Of a stretch of DNA of 64,000 nucleotides, positions 30,955-40,113 are shown in pieces. The DNA comes from a virus. Location of the stretch: positions 1 to 64,000 of IMG/VR virus record IMGVR_UViG_3300045988_010311. One strand, written 5' to 3'. How positions within the stretch are numbered: position 1 is the first letter of the stretch; every line of letters begins with the position of its first letter. The notes beneath the pieces were generated by a model. The model did not search any database. It saw only the letters and a program-made list of their open reading frames with translations, and had not been told where the DNA came from. A program made the translations under genes and the position numbers.

Positions 30955-31653
30955 TTATTGTTTTATATTCTGCATTCTACTTGTAAGAGCGTTCTGCACA
31001 GCTCTTACTAAAATCATATCTTGTAATGCTGAGTGCATCTTGCATGGATTCTCATTATACTTACCATTTATATTCAATCCATCTGGCAAGTCTACAAGTA
31101 TTATAGGTTCTGGTTCTGATAAGTATCTAACCAGATAATCCTTAATATTGTACTTTGATACCAATTCTACAATACCTTCTGATATATCCAGCCTCAGCAC
31201 TCTTCTCTCATTAGAGCTTCTAAAGGGATTATCCTTCACTCTGTGATATTCATCCTGGGTTACTGGGACTACCTGTATATTTTCCCCAGACTTACAACCC
31301 AAGGAGGAATCATCAAGATTAACTGACTCATAAGTTATAAACCACAAGTCTGAGGGTAACTTGAAAAACACAGAGTTACTGGATAATCCTGTATGGTTCT
31401 CTTTTTCTGGTGTCTTATAGGTTTTGACTAATGCCTCCAAGTATCTCCTGGCTTCTTCTGTTTTTTCAAAAGACAGCCCTGTATTGCTTCTCCCATTATA
31501 TACTTCCAAGATGATGTCCTTTTGAGCATTTGTCAAGAATATAGATTTCTCATACTCATCAAATTCTAATAGCCCAGTTGGAACATTCTTATATATGGAA
31601 GAGTAAGAAGATACAAGAGTGTCAAATTTTTCTGAAAGTTCTCTTGTACTCAT
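30955..31653 (-). CDS. virion protein, short paralog of the upstream 414-aa gene (232 aa)
   Basis: Its N-terminus (ELSEKFDTL...DEYEKSIFLTNAQKDIILEVYNG) and C-terminus align with the 414-aa neighbour. The two genes overlap by 4 nt. Confidence 0.55.
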   Translation of the reverse strand: MSTRELSEKFDTLVSSYSSIYKNVPTGLLEFDEYEKSIFLTNAQKDIILEVYNGRSNTGLSFEKTEEARRYLEALVKTYKTPEKENHTGLSSNSVFFKLPSDLWFITYESVNLDDSSLGCKSGENIQVVPVTQDEYHRVKDNPFRSSNERRVLRLDISEGIVELVSKYNIKDYLVRYLSEPEPIILVDLPDGLNINGKYNENPCKMHSALQDMILVRAVQNALTSRMQNIKQ

Positions 31654-32894
31654 CCTTTATTATTTGAAGGGATTATACCTATGTTTGTAGCACTGGCATT
31701 ACCTATAGCAAGAGTAGTATTCAAGTCTCCAGAATATGCTGATTTAGCCAATTCCACTGCTCTCTGTAGTATTTCACTATGCAATTCCTCAGCTAACTCA
31801 CACTCTGTTATTTTGTCTATACCATCTATAGTTACTCCCATATCACTAATATCATCAAGTATTATAGGCTTTGGTTTCTTCACATACCTCATTTGATATT
31901 GTAAATTACTGCCAAATTTACCTATTACTTCTGCCAATGGAAGATTAATTACTTTACCTACCAATGGATATTTTAACTCTGATACAAGTACTTTTTTAGG
32001 TGCTTCACAGTTAATAAGACCATCAGTATGTGTATAAGCTTTTTCTATATCTCCATCAGGCTGCTCTATAGGAAAGACAGTACCAGATGTCTTGAAGTAG
32101 GTATCAAATGCTTTTTTGAGTATGTCAACATAAGTTTCCAAGTCAACTTTTTCAGCACTGGCATTTGTCTTTACAGTAAATGTGACATCATAGTAAGTAC
32201 CTGAATCACCCCATCCACTATCCATAATAACTGTTACATAACCCTTCAAATCTGGATAGGGTATTGTAAGCATTCTATTATTATAAATAGTACTGTCTTC
32301 TGTTATAGGAGTACTTATATTTGCTTCTAACTTAAAATTAATATGTAATTCCCTCTTTTGGTCAGCCCAACTACTAACTAACTTAAAATCAGTAGCACTA
32401 TTGTCTATATACTCTTGAATATAGTTGCAATTCTTCTTATCAGTTATTAGTCTCCATGCTACTCTCCTAGGAGGATATGGATAAGGCTTAGTCATCATCC
32501 TCTGGTATTCAACATAGGTAATAGGCTGTACAGAGTAGAACTGATTGTTATCACTCAAGAGTTCATTCACACTCAGAAAATAATCAGATGGGAATAAATA
32601 CACCTTACTCCTTTTATCTATTTTCTCTTCAAGAGAGACTCTCTCCTTTATAGAGTTAATATCAAAAAGTTTAGCTACTCTTATCAGAACTGAGAAATCA
32701 TATTGTCTCTTTTCATCACTATCAAATCCTGCTCTGGATTTGTTTGAAGTAGGATTAAAGTAAGCCTTTACTATTTCACTCTGTGCCTTAGTAAGCAGTA
32801 CAGACTTCTCATACTCATTTACTCCAGGAGCAGCATTTGATGCAAGATTATTATAGAGTACATCAAACTCATTTGAAAACTCTTGAGTAGTCAT
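31650..32894 (-). CDS. virion protein, long paralog of the downstream 232-aa gene (414 aa)
   Basis: Shares N- and C-terminal blocks (EFSNEFDVL...NEYEKSVLLTKAQSEIVKAYFN) with the 232-aa neighbour and has an extra central segment. Confidence 0.55.
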   Translation of the reverse strand: MTTQEFSNEFDVLYNNLASNAAPGVNEYEKSVLLTKAQSEIVKAYFNPTSNKSRAGFDSDEKRQYDFSVLIRVAKLFDINSIKERVSLEEKIDKRSKVYLFPSDYFLSVNELLSDNNQFYSVQPITYVEYQRMMTKPYPYPPRRVAWRLITDKKNCNYIQEYIDNSATDFKLVSSWADQKRELHINFKLEANISTPITEDSTIYNNRMLTIPYPDLKGYVTVIMDSGWGDSGTYYDVTFTVKTNASAEKVDLETYVDILKKAFDTYFKTSGTVFPIEQPDGDIEKAYTHTDGLINCEAPKKVLVSELKYPLVGKVINLPLAEVIGKFGSNLQYQMRYVKKPKPIILDDISDMGVTIDGIDKITECELAEELHSEILQRAVELAKSAYSGDLNTTLAIGNASATNIGIIPSNNKG

Positions 32895-32898
32895 ATTA

Positions 32899-33882
32899 TT
32901 ACTTCTTTAATTTAGCCTCTATAGCAAATTTCAACTCCTGATGCTTAGGCATATTCAGATACTTTGCTGCAATGTTAAGAGTAGGCTCTTCATTATCCTC
33001 ACATAGAGGAGTACCATCAGCCTTTAAGTATAACATGCCACCTCTGTTACTGATAAGACCACCTTCAATAGCCTTCTTGATAAGAACCTTAGTACTTAAC
33101 AGAGGGTCAGTTGCTACTCTTACAAAGAGCCTAGCATCAGCTTGAATTAGCTTACCAACCTTCTCTTGCAGGAACTCAATCTTAGAGTTCTTAGATGTAG
33201 GTCTACCATCAATAGTCTCAATGATAGTTCTAAGTATATCTGCATTCTCCTGTATCTTACCAAACTCCATATAAGCCTGCATAGTTGCATTCATCTTCTT
33301 CTTAGAAGCCTGTGACTCCTCATTCTCGTGGATGATTACAAACTGGTATGTAGCTTTAGGGTGGTCTTCAAGGTCTTGAAGAGATGGTGCTATCAGGTCT
33401 TTGTTTGCTAAAAGCACCTTATATTTGATATAATCATCTGGGTCAGCTAGGTTAAGGAAGTTGTCTTGCTTAGTCAGCCTCACCTGATAATTATCCCAGA
33501 AATTATCTACCTTATTATATATTGACAGTGCATTGTACTCAAGTCCCATCACTTCCTCTAGACAAGCCTTCTCAGCATTAGTAAGTACATTTACATACAT
33601 GCCAGATGTAAGTCTAGGAACAGTAAGCCATCTTACTGCACCCTCTGCCATACCTCCATATAGGATATGCTTAGGGTCTCTTACTATACCTGTCTCTTTA
33701 GGTACATGCTTTACAATGACTCTCTCATTTCTCAAGCAGTTGACTATAGGCTCATCTACAGCAACAGATTGCTTAGCCTGTCTTCTCCTTGGTTGTTTAA
33801 CTGGTGCCTCAACTACCTCCTGCATTGGAGTCTCATCCATTATAGTATCAACATCCAGTATTACTTCTCCTTCTTTACCCAT
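32899..33882 (-). CDS. head-module protein, function unknown (327 aa)
   Basis: ATG ORF just downstream of the MCP terminator. AAGGAG lies 8 nt upstream of the ATG. Confidence 0.55.
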   Translation of the reverse strand: MGKEGEVILDVDTIMDETPMQEVVEAPVKQPRRRQAKQSVAVDEPIVNCLRNERVIVKHVPKETGIVRDPKHILYGGMAEGAVRWLTVPRLTSGMYVNVLTNAEKACLEEVMGLEYNALSIYNKVDNFWDNYQVRLTKQDNFLNLADPDDYIKYKVLLANKDLIAPSLQDLEDHPKATYQFVIIHENEESQASKKKMNATMQAYMEFGKIQENADILRTIIETIDGRPTSKNSKIEFLQEKVGKLIQADARLFVRVATDPLLSTKVLIKKAIEGGLISNRGGMLYLKADGTPLCEDNEEPTLNIAAKYLNMPKHQELKFAIEAKLKK

Positions 33883-33910
33883 TTTTGTTCTTCTCCTTAA
33901 TAGTTAGTTT

Positions 33911-33947
33911 ATAGAAATAAGGGGGACAAGGGATTACCTCATCCCCC
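33911..33947 (-). terminator. probable terminator after the major capsid gene
   Basis: On the - strand, GGGGGA...TCCCCC forms a stem followed by TTATTTCTAT. Confidence 0.45.
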
Positions 33948-33954
33948 TAATACC

Positions 33955-35466
33955 TTATCCTTGCAGTATTGCAGGAATCAATGACAATGTTCTAGTTGGG
34001 TCAAGCACACAGACACCAAGTGTTGCCATCTTGTGTATAGTAGCACTATCCTCATCATAAGACATATGTGGGTTACCCATCTGTCCTGTGAATGGATTTC
34101 TTAGACCCCATTGATAACTTCTCAGTTCATTATCACCCTTAATCTTACACTTGAAGATATTGGGTTGGTCCATAGAACCAATGTACCAGATGTCAAATCT
34201 GTATGACATTGCCACACCACCCATTGGGTGAAGAACCTTGTTTCTTACTGGGTCATCATAGAATGGGTCTACATCAAGTCTTACCCTTACTCCATTAGGA
34301 GCCTTATACTCTACAAATTGGAAACCAGCAGATAGAGCATTACTGTGAAGCTTAGATTGAGTCTTCTCAACTACCTTAGTTGAGTTGTTATCCATAACAA
34401 ATGTAGTCCAACCACTAACTGTCTGGAGAACTGCCTTGTGGAATAGGATAGCACCTCTCTCACCTGTCTTGATGACAAATAGTCTGTCATTCATACCAAG
34501 CTTAGCTGCACTCAGCTCATATAGGGCATCCTCAAGAAGCTTCAATGAGAAGTTGTTGTAATACATTACATTAGCTACCTCAGTCTGCTCAAAGATACCA
34601 GCACCTGTCTTGATAACATTACCAGACTTACCAAAGTTCATGTACTCACCATTGGCATTTCTGTTAGAAGTACCAAAAGCCATTACATTGTTCTTGTATT
34701 CAGAGAATTGGCACTCAAGCTCCCAGTCTACATAGTGCATCCACATGTTAGCTGTGTCCTTAACCTGCTTACCATCTACATTCCTTACCATAGGAATACC
34801 AAAGGCAAGCTTTTTACCCAGCTTATTACCCCATACCTTATGGTGGATTCTAATAGTAGACCACTCATTTCTCATAGATACAGGAGTACTGAATCTGATG
34901 TCACCAACCTTTCTTGAACCCTCTCTTTCTACAGGAGCATACTCAATAGAGAATCTCTCTCCAGCTAGCAGTCTCTCAGCAGGAATACCCTGAGTAAGAC
35001 CACCCATAGTCTCACACTTGTAGACTGCATTTGTACCCTCCATTCTAGCATCACCAAGGATTCTAATAGGATATACTTGGTTCAGATTACCTACGATAAC
35101 CTCGCCATCAGCAAACCAATCCTCTGGGAATACCAGATAGAAAGGTGATGTACCAATACCTACATTACCACTCTCCTCAGTAACTACTGTACCATTCTCA
35201 TCTCTTGCCTCAACAAGAGGTATATTCCTTCTTGATGAGCCAATAACATCCCAGTAGTACTCATCATCAGTCTCAAACTCCCTTACAGGGAACTGATTAA
35301 GGAATGTGTCCAGAGTCTTACCTCTATAGAAAGCTAGCAACTGAACCATAAGGTTAGTTGCCTTCTGAGGTTGCAACTGGAAGATTGAGCCAAGGTGGTT
35401 GTCACTTGTCAGACCCTTCCAATGCTGGAAGCCTAACATTTGAAATTTACCTAATTTACCAGCCAT
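33955..35466 (-). CDS. major capsid protein (crAss-like, HK97-fold expected), 503 aa
   Basis: About 500 aa and preceded by an acidic scaffold-like gene under its own promoter, with a terminator downstream. This position matches the crAss-like head module. The call rests on context and size, not on a motif. Confidence 0.65.
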   Translation of the reverse strand: MAGKLGKFQMLGFQHWKGLTSDNHLGSIFQLQPQKATNLMVQLLAFYRGKTLDTFLNQFPVREFETDDEYYWDVIGSSRRNIPLVEARDENGTVVTEESGNVGIGTSPFYLVFPEDWFADGEVIVGNLNQVYPIRILGDARMEGTNAVYKCETMGGLTQGIPAERLLAGERFSIEYAPVEREGSRKVGDIRFSTPVSMRNEWSTIRIHHKVWGNKLGKKLAFGIPMVRNVDGKQVKDTANMWMHYVDWELECQFSEYKNNVMAFGTSNRNANGEYMNFGKSGNVIKTGAGIFEQTEVANVMYYNNFSLKLLEDALYELSAAKLGMNDRLFVIKTGERGAILFHKAVLQTVSGWTTFVMDNNSTKVVEKTQSKLHSNALSAGFQFVEYKAPNGVRVRLDVDPFYDDPVRNKVLHPMGGVAMSYRFDIWYIGSMDQPNIFKCKIKGDNELRSYQWGLRNPFTGQMGNPHMSYDEDSATIHKMATLGVCVLDPTRTLSLIPAILQG

Positions 35467-35502
35467 TTTGTTAAAACTTAATTTATTAGTTAATCATTTA
35501 TA

Positions 35503-36681
35503 TCATACATCAAGTGACCAGCCTTGTCCTACATAAGACTCTGGGTCCTCTTGAACACCACCTACAAATTGTGGATTACCTTTAGGTCTATTGGTATTCC
35601 TTAGTGTATGTTCCAACTCTCTGAGACTGTTCTTGATTTCTTTCTTTACTTTGCCTTTGACAAGCATATCAAGGTTCTTGAACCCATCAGTAAGAGTAAA
35701 GATAACCCCCAGCTTCTTTCTGAACTCAACTGGGTTCTCTGTCTCATACTTCTGGATAGCTGTCAGATACTCACCATCCTCAGTCTTATAGACTGGTTTG
35801 GCAATGTTATCATAAGCTTTTTGCCTTGTTGCCTTATCCATAGTGATACCCTCAAATATTTCCTTATCTTCAAGCATCTGCTTCTTGAGGTCTTGAGCTT
35901 CTTTCTTAACTCTCCTCTTCTCATTCTCAGCCTCTTCCTGACCTTCTTTAATAAGGCCATCATATTGCTTCTTGAAGTAGGACTTGTTACTCTCTAGGGC
36001 ATCCTTAGCATCCTCTATGTCTGAGCCACTATCAAATGATTTCTTCACTTCTCTAGTTGCTCTCTCCTTTGAGAAGCCTCTGTTGATAAGGTCTTGGTAT
36101 ATCAGCTGCTTTCTAAGATTCTCACCTTTATCTGACTCATCCTTGATGGCATCCTCAGTAATCTTCTCAAGATTACCTAAGACAGCTTCATACTGTCTTA
36201 TCTCATCAGGTTCTAGTTCAGCATTAAGTGCAGCACTAATCCTCTTTTGTGTCTCATCAAGTCTGGCATTAACCTGCTTGTCTATGGCTTCTGCCAAGTC
36301 CTCTGGAGACTTAATACCCTTAACAAACTCTTCATCAAGGTCAGGGAGGACACCATCTTCTACTAAGGCACTGGCAATGGAATAGTAGAAGTTAGAATTG
36401 GGAGAAGAACCATTATCCTTATTAGAGTCAGGTGTTCCTCCTTCCTTGTCTTTCTTATCTTCTTTATCCTCACTACCTACGCTCTCTGGTCCAAATAAAT
36501 CATCAGGATTTACTTCATCCTCAGTAGTTGGTTTATCTTTGTCTTTTCCAGCCTCCTCTTCACCTGGCTTATCTTCTCCAGCAGCAGGAGGTGTCTCTTG
36601 TGTTTCATCACTACCTTCAAAGAGGTCAAGTGTATCAATCTCTTCTCCAGATAGTATAAAGCTATCATTCAAACTTTCCAT
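35503..36681 (-). CDS. acidic, coiled-coil scaffold-like protein (392 aa from the ATG)
   Basis: The track start at 36714 is TTG inside the promoter box; the first ATG (MESLNDSF) is at 36681. It has a strongly acidic, low-complexity N-terminal third and charged helices, and sits immediately upstream of the MCP. Confidence 0.5.
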   Translation of the reverse strand: MESLNDSFILSGEEIDTLDLFEGSDETQETPPAAGEDKPGEEEAGKDKDKPTTEDEVNPDDLFGPESVGSEDKEDKKDKEGGTPDSNKDNGSSPNSNFYYSIASALVEDGVLPDLDEEFVKGIKSPEDLAEAIDKQVNARLDETQKRISAALNAELEPDEIRQYEAVLGNLEKITEDAIKDESDKGENLRKQLIYQDLINRGFSKERATREVKKSFDSGSDIEDAKDALESNKSYFKKQYDGLIKEGQEEAENEKRRVKKEAQDLKKQMLEDKEIFEGITMDKATRQKAYDNIAKPVYKTEDGEYLTAIQKYETENPVEFRKKLGVIFTLTDGFKNLDMLVKGKVKKEIKNSLRELEHTLRNTNRPKGNPQFVGGVQEDPESYVGQGWSLDV

Positions 36682-36711
36682 ATTTCTTCTCCTATTGGTT
36701 ATTAAACTATG

Positions 36712-36719
36712 CAAAGTTA
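36712..36719 (-). promoter_or_regulatory. Bacteroidota-type -7 box (TAACTTTG + CA)
   Basis: The reverse complement of caaagtta matches the consensus. It lies 30 nt upstream of the ATG at 36681. Confidence 0.65.
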
Positions 36720-36795
36720 TTAACTATTCCACAAGTAGGCAAGTACCTAATATAGATAGTTGGTAAACTATAAATGAAATCCTTATTTACTGATA

Positions 36796-36831
36796 CAAAA
36801 AGAGAGGTGTAATATTACTACTACACCCCTC
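36796..36831 (-). terminator. intrinsic terminator after the 204-aa gene
   Basis: A 10-bp stem (GAGGGGTGTA/GAGAGGTGTA arms, one mismatch). TTTTTG follows on the - strand. Confidence 0.6.
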
Positions 36832-36838
36832 AAGCTTA

Positions 36839-37453
36839 TTATGCTCCCCTAAAGTACTTATATACCTTATTGTCACCACTCTTGTAGTCATCATCCTTAA
36901 ACCAGAAGTTGATTGCAGACTCAACTACTTTAGTGTCAATGTTATCACCAAACCATACTTTAAGTAGCTCACAGTAGTCATGGTACTGTGCATTGAGTGC
37001 TACATAAACATCAGCACAAGTTGCACTTTGTGGTATGATACCCCTGTATCTCTCAGCTACTTCCTTAGCTTTAGACATATCATACTTCTCACCTATAAAC
37101 TTTCTACCACCACTAGTATGGTACATCTGTGATACCAAGTACTTAGCAGTGCTCTCACTGAAGTGGTTACCCATATCACCATCTCCCTCAAGCATCATTC
37201 TGAACAGCCTATCCTTATCACTGGAGTCAAGCTCATCCATCATATCTACAAGTTGTGTATCACCATGTCTGTTAATATAGAAGTCATCATACATTTTGTC
37301 CTCAATGGGGTCACCCATAGAGTCTCTTCTCATACCTCTTCCTCTGACATACTTCTCAGGGCCAGAGACCTCTTTCATCTTCCTCATAAACTCTGAGTCA
37401 GTCATGCCGCTTCTCTTACTTCTAAGATATGCTCTCATCAAATACTCATTCAT
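36839..37453 (-). CDS. hypothetical protein (204 aa)
   Basis: ATG ORF and the last gene before the terminator. Confidence 0.55.
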   Translation of the reverse strand: MNEYLMRAYLRSKRSGMTDSEFMRKMKEVSGPEKYVRGRGMRRDSMGDPIEDKMYDDFYINRHGDTQLVDMMDELDSSDKDRLFRMMLEGDGDMGNHFSESTAKYLVSQMYHTSGGRKFIGEKYDMSKAKEVAERYRGIIPQSATCADVYVALNAQYHDYCELLKVWFGDNIDTKVVESAINFWFKDDDYKSGDNKVYKYFRGA

Positions 37454-37457
37454 ATCC

Positions 37458-37838
37458 TTACTGTTTTGAAGTTAATATTTCCCTTAATTCAACAAGGTCT
37501 CCCTCACTAAGAACTATACTCTTATCTGTAAATGGTATTCCCATCTCTATTCTGCCCCCTCCAATGAGTATATCACCCAGAGCAGGCACATTGATATGGA
37601 ATGGCTGGGTATTCATTAGAGATGCTGTCATCTCACTTATGATATTCTCAGCATCTATGTTACCACTCTCATCAGCTATTAGGTCCAGAACATTGGTAAT
37701 ACCTGACAGTTTCTTCTTTACTGCTCTGGAGACTATTGGTCTAAAGAAACTTATCACAGGATTGGTCTTAGCCATATTGCTCAGTTGTACCTCAACAAAG
37801 TACTGGAGCTTCTCTATCAACTGTATCTTGTCCATCAT
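37458..37838 (-). CDS. hypothetical protein (126 aa)
   Basis: ATG ORF overlapping the upstream gene by 4 nt. Confidence 0.5.
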   Translation of the reverse strand: MMDKIQLIEKLQYFVEVQLSNMAKTNPVISFFRPIVSRAVKKKLSGITNVLDLIADESGNIDAENIISEMTASLMNTQPFHINVPALGDILIGGGRIEMGIPFTDKSIVLSEGDLVELREILTSKQ

Positions 37839-38305
37839 AAGCTAGCTTTTATAAAATCCTCATATGTTACATCTGGGTGTTGCTTACTATATTCTCTGAA
37901 TCTATTAAACAGCTCCATCTCTCTATTAGTCTCATTGATAATCTTATTCTTTAGCTTTTTGACTATCTTCAACTGCTTTGACAGCAACTCCTTGCCCCTC
38001 TCAGTACTTTCAATTCTGCCCTTAACTAGGTTAAGAATCTCAGACTGGACTATATTCTGTAGGTCAGTATAAACCTCAGCGTACTCAGGGTCTTGAAGGA
38101 GTCTTGCTTTCTGCTCCTCTGTCATAGGTATAATCTCAGCATCAATCTCATCCCATATTAACTTTTGGGGCTGCTGCTGACCTTGCATCTGCCTAAGCTT
38201 GTTCCTATAGGCTTCCATCTTCCTTATCTGGGCATCCAGGTCATCAAGACCACTGCCCATCATAGGGTCACTTCCTAAAAATACTTGATTGATTGGGTAT
38301 GACAT
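37835..38305 (-). CDS. hypothetical coiled-coil protein (156 aa)
   Basis: ATG ORF with charged helical sequence. Confidence 0.5.
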   Translation of the reverse strand: MSYPINQVFLGSDPMMGSGLDDLDAQIRKMEAYRNKLRQMQGQQQPQKLIWDEIDAEIIPMTEEQKARLLQDPEYAEVYTDLQNIVQSEILNLVKGRIESTERGKELLSKQLKIVKKLKNKIINETNREMELFNRFREYSKQHPDVTYEDFIKASL

Positions 38306-38364
38306 AATAAACTCATTTAACAGTTAGAGTATATAAGGGGATAGTTGCCTACCCCCTATAATTC

Positions 38365-39231
38365 TTAATTATTATAATTACAAGACCCGCAACATCCACA
38401 TAAAGGATTACTTAAAGCTCTTTGTGTAGTAGCAGTACCTGTAGTAACATCAGCTATGGATACAGGGTAGAAATTACCATTCACATAATTGACTATCTTA
38501 TTGTCAGCGCAGCATCTTCTCTCAGCCTCAAGAGCTATACCAGCTTGAGCATTAGCAGCTACACCATTGATTCTCATATCAAGAACCTTAGCTCTCCAAG
38601 GCTCAACAGCATCAGCTACAGCTTGCTTAGTCTCTAAAGCACCAATCCTTGCAGAAAGTGCATCAAAATTATCTCTTTGACTCTTATATAGCCCAAAAGT
38701 ACTATCAGTAATCTTAGTATTGAGCAAATCAATACCGTCTCTTGTAGATTTATACAAGCCGAAATCAGCATCTACCTGAGACTTATAAAGATTAAAATCA
38801 GCATCAACTTGTGACTTCCAGAGCTGGAACTTCTCATTTACATCTACTTCTCTTGTAGCTCTTGCATTATCCATAGTGCTTACTTTAAGGCCCCACATCT
38901 CCTTAGTAAGAGCCAGCACATCATCACACTCCTTGTGCCAAGTTTGGAATGCAGTAGGACTAGATACTCCATTACCACTACTTAGACTAGTAGTGTTAAT
39001 GTTTACATTCTCAGGCATACCTGAATTACCAAACAGACCAATACCCATGCCATTTCTGCTAAGAGCTAGCAGACCAAGTGCTGTACCAGCAATTCCTAAA
39101 CCAAGTCCAGTACCAGCTACACCTTTAGATGCATAAGGAGCATTGTCATATCTATTATAACCACAATTATACTTATCGTGATAATAATTTACAGGAACCT
39201 CCTTTATAGTCTCTTTTTCAATAACTTCCAT
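38365..39231 (-). CDS. membrane-anchored repeat protein with Cys-rich C-terminus (288 aa)
   Basis: Has its own promoter and terminator-like flanks. Contains a Gly-rich TM segment (GVAGTGLGLGIAGTALGLLALS), tandem F-x-LYKSQ-VDAD repeats, and a C-terminal CGCCGSCNYNN. Confidence 0.6.
   Translation of the reverse strand: MEVIEKETIKEVPVNYYHDKYNCGYNRYDNAPYASKGVAGTGLGLGIAGTALGLLALSRNGMGIGLFGNSGMPENVNINTTSLSSGNGVSSPTAFQTWHKECDDVLALTKEMWGLKVSTMDNARATREVDVNEKFQLWKSQVDADFNLYKSQVDADFGLYKSTRDGIDLLNTKITDSTFGLYKSQRDNFDALSARIGALETKQAVADAVEPWRAKVLDMRINGVAANAQAGIALEAERRCCADNKIVNYVNGNFYPVSIADVTTGTATTQRALSNPLCGCCGSCNYNN
38656..38829 (-). repeat. in-frame tandem repeats (about 11-aa unit, four copies, the third carrying an 11-aa insertion) inside the 288-aa gene
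   Basis: The repeats read FQLWKSQVDAD / FNLYKSQVDAD / FGLYKSTRDG... / FGLYKSQRDNFDAL. Confidence 0.7.
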
Positions 39232-39282
39232 AGTTCTTGTTTTTTAAGTTAATTATATAATGTATTGTAAGCTTACATGTTG

Positions 39283-39290
39283 CAAAGGTA
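39283..39290 (-). promoter_or_regulatory. Bacteroidota-type -7 box (TACCTTTG + CA)
   Basis: The reverse complement of caaaggta matches the consensus. It lies 51 nt upstream of the ATG at 39231. Confidence 0.65.
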
Positions 39291-39374
39291 CTTAATAAAT
39301 GAATAAAAACACAACAATGCTAACACAGCAATGTACAAGTACTATAAAGTGTTTAATACCAAGCTATTAAAACG

Positions 39375-39404
39375 AAAAAGAGTTAGCACTTCAATGCTAA
39401 CTCT
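39375..39404 (-). terminator. intrinsic terminator after the HTH gene
   Basis: A perfect 10-bp stem AGAGTTAGCA/TGCTAACTCT with a 6-nt loop. TTTTT follows on the - strand. Confidence 0.8.
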
Positions 39405-39432
39405 TTATTGATGGTTTAATTTTCATAGATAA

Positions 39433-39732
39433 TCAGGGGGTATTTGCCTTTTTGATGCAATCATCTAAAGTCTTTTCCTCCCAGAATAACTCCTTGAAAC
39501 CTATAACTTTTTCTCCTCTAGGTATAATACCCTCCCTAACTAAATTATCAAAGGTAGCTCTGCTTACATTGAGCTTCTGGCATGCTTGATATTTACTTAG
39601 CCTTTTTGTCTTGTCTGTATATGATTTTATTACTTTGACTATTTCAATAGCCTCATCCTCTTTTATATTACTGTTACCAGCATCTATATCATCAATGATT
39701 TTCTCCAATAAGTCTCTTATAATCTTTAGCAT
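39433..39732 (-). CDS. helix-turn-helix DNA-binding protein (Xis/MerR-like HTH), 99 aa
   Basis: LSKYQACQKLNVSRATFDNLVREGIIP is a typical HTH. The gene ends an operon, with a terminator downstream. Confidence 0.55.
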   Translation of the reverse strand: MLKIIRDLLEKIIDDIDAGNSNIKEDEAIEIVKVIKSYTDKTKRLSKYQACQKLNVSRATFDNLVREGIIPRGEKVIGFKELFWEEKTLDDCIKKANTP

Positions 39733-40072
39733 GTTTATTGATAAGAATTAAAAGCATAATAAAACCAAAATATAAAGCACTTACTCTGACTTGTTCCAAA
39801 TGGTTACCAAACCCTATGTATCTCTGAATATAACTGCACCATAATATACCTATAGTGTAGAGACTGGAAACTATATGTATTAAACAGAACTTAAATACTC
39901 TAGACCATATTAATATCATTATACTTACCATTGTAAGTACAGCCAGTTCGGCAAAGCAATAATGAAATCCACACTCAAGAAAAACTACATGTAGAAACAT
40001 TAGAAAGGCACATATAACAGGTATGTATTTAAGTAATAAAATACACATCTTTTCAGCTCTACTTCTTCTCAT
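39692..40072 (-). CDS. polytopic membrane protein (about 4 TM), 126 aa
   Basis: Four hydrophobic stretches in a very AT-rich gene that overlaps the HTH gene by 41 nt. Confidence 0.5.
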   Translation of the reverse strand: MRRSRAEKMCILLLKYIPVICAFLMFLHVVFLECGFHYCFAELAVLTMVSIMILIWSRVFKFCLIHIVSSLYTIGILWCSYIQRYIGFGNHLEQVRVSALYFGFIMLLILINKHAKDYKRLIGENH

Positions 40073-40113
40073 AATATATTATTTTATAGAATTGTATATT
40101 TCAGTTAATTTAG

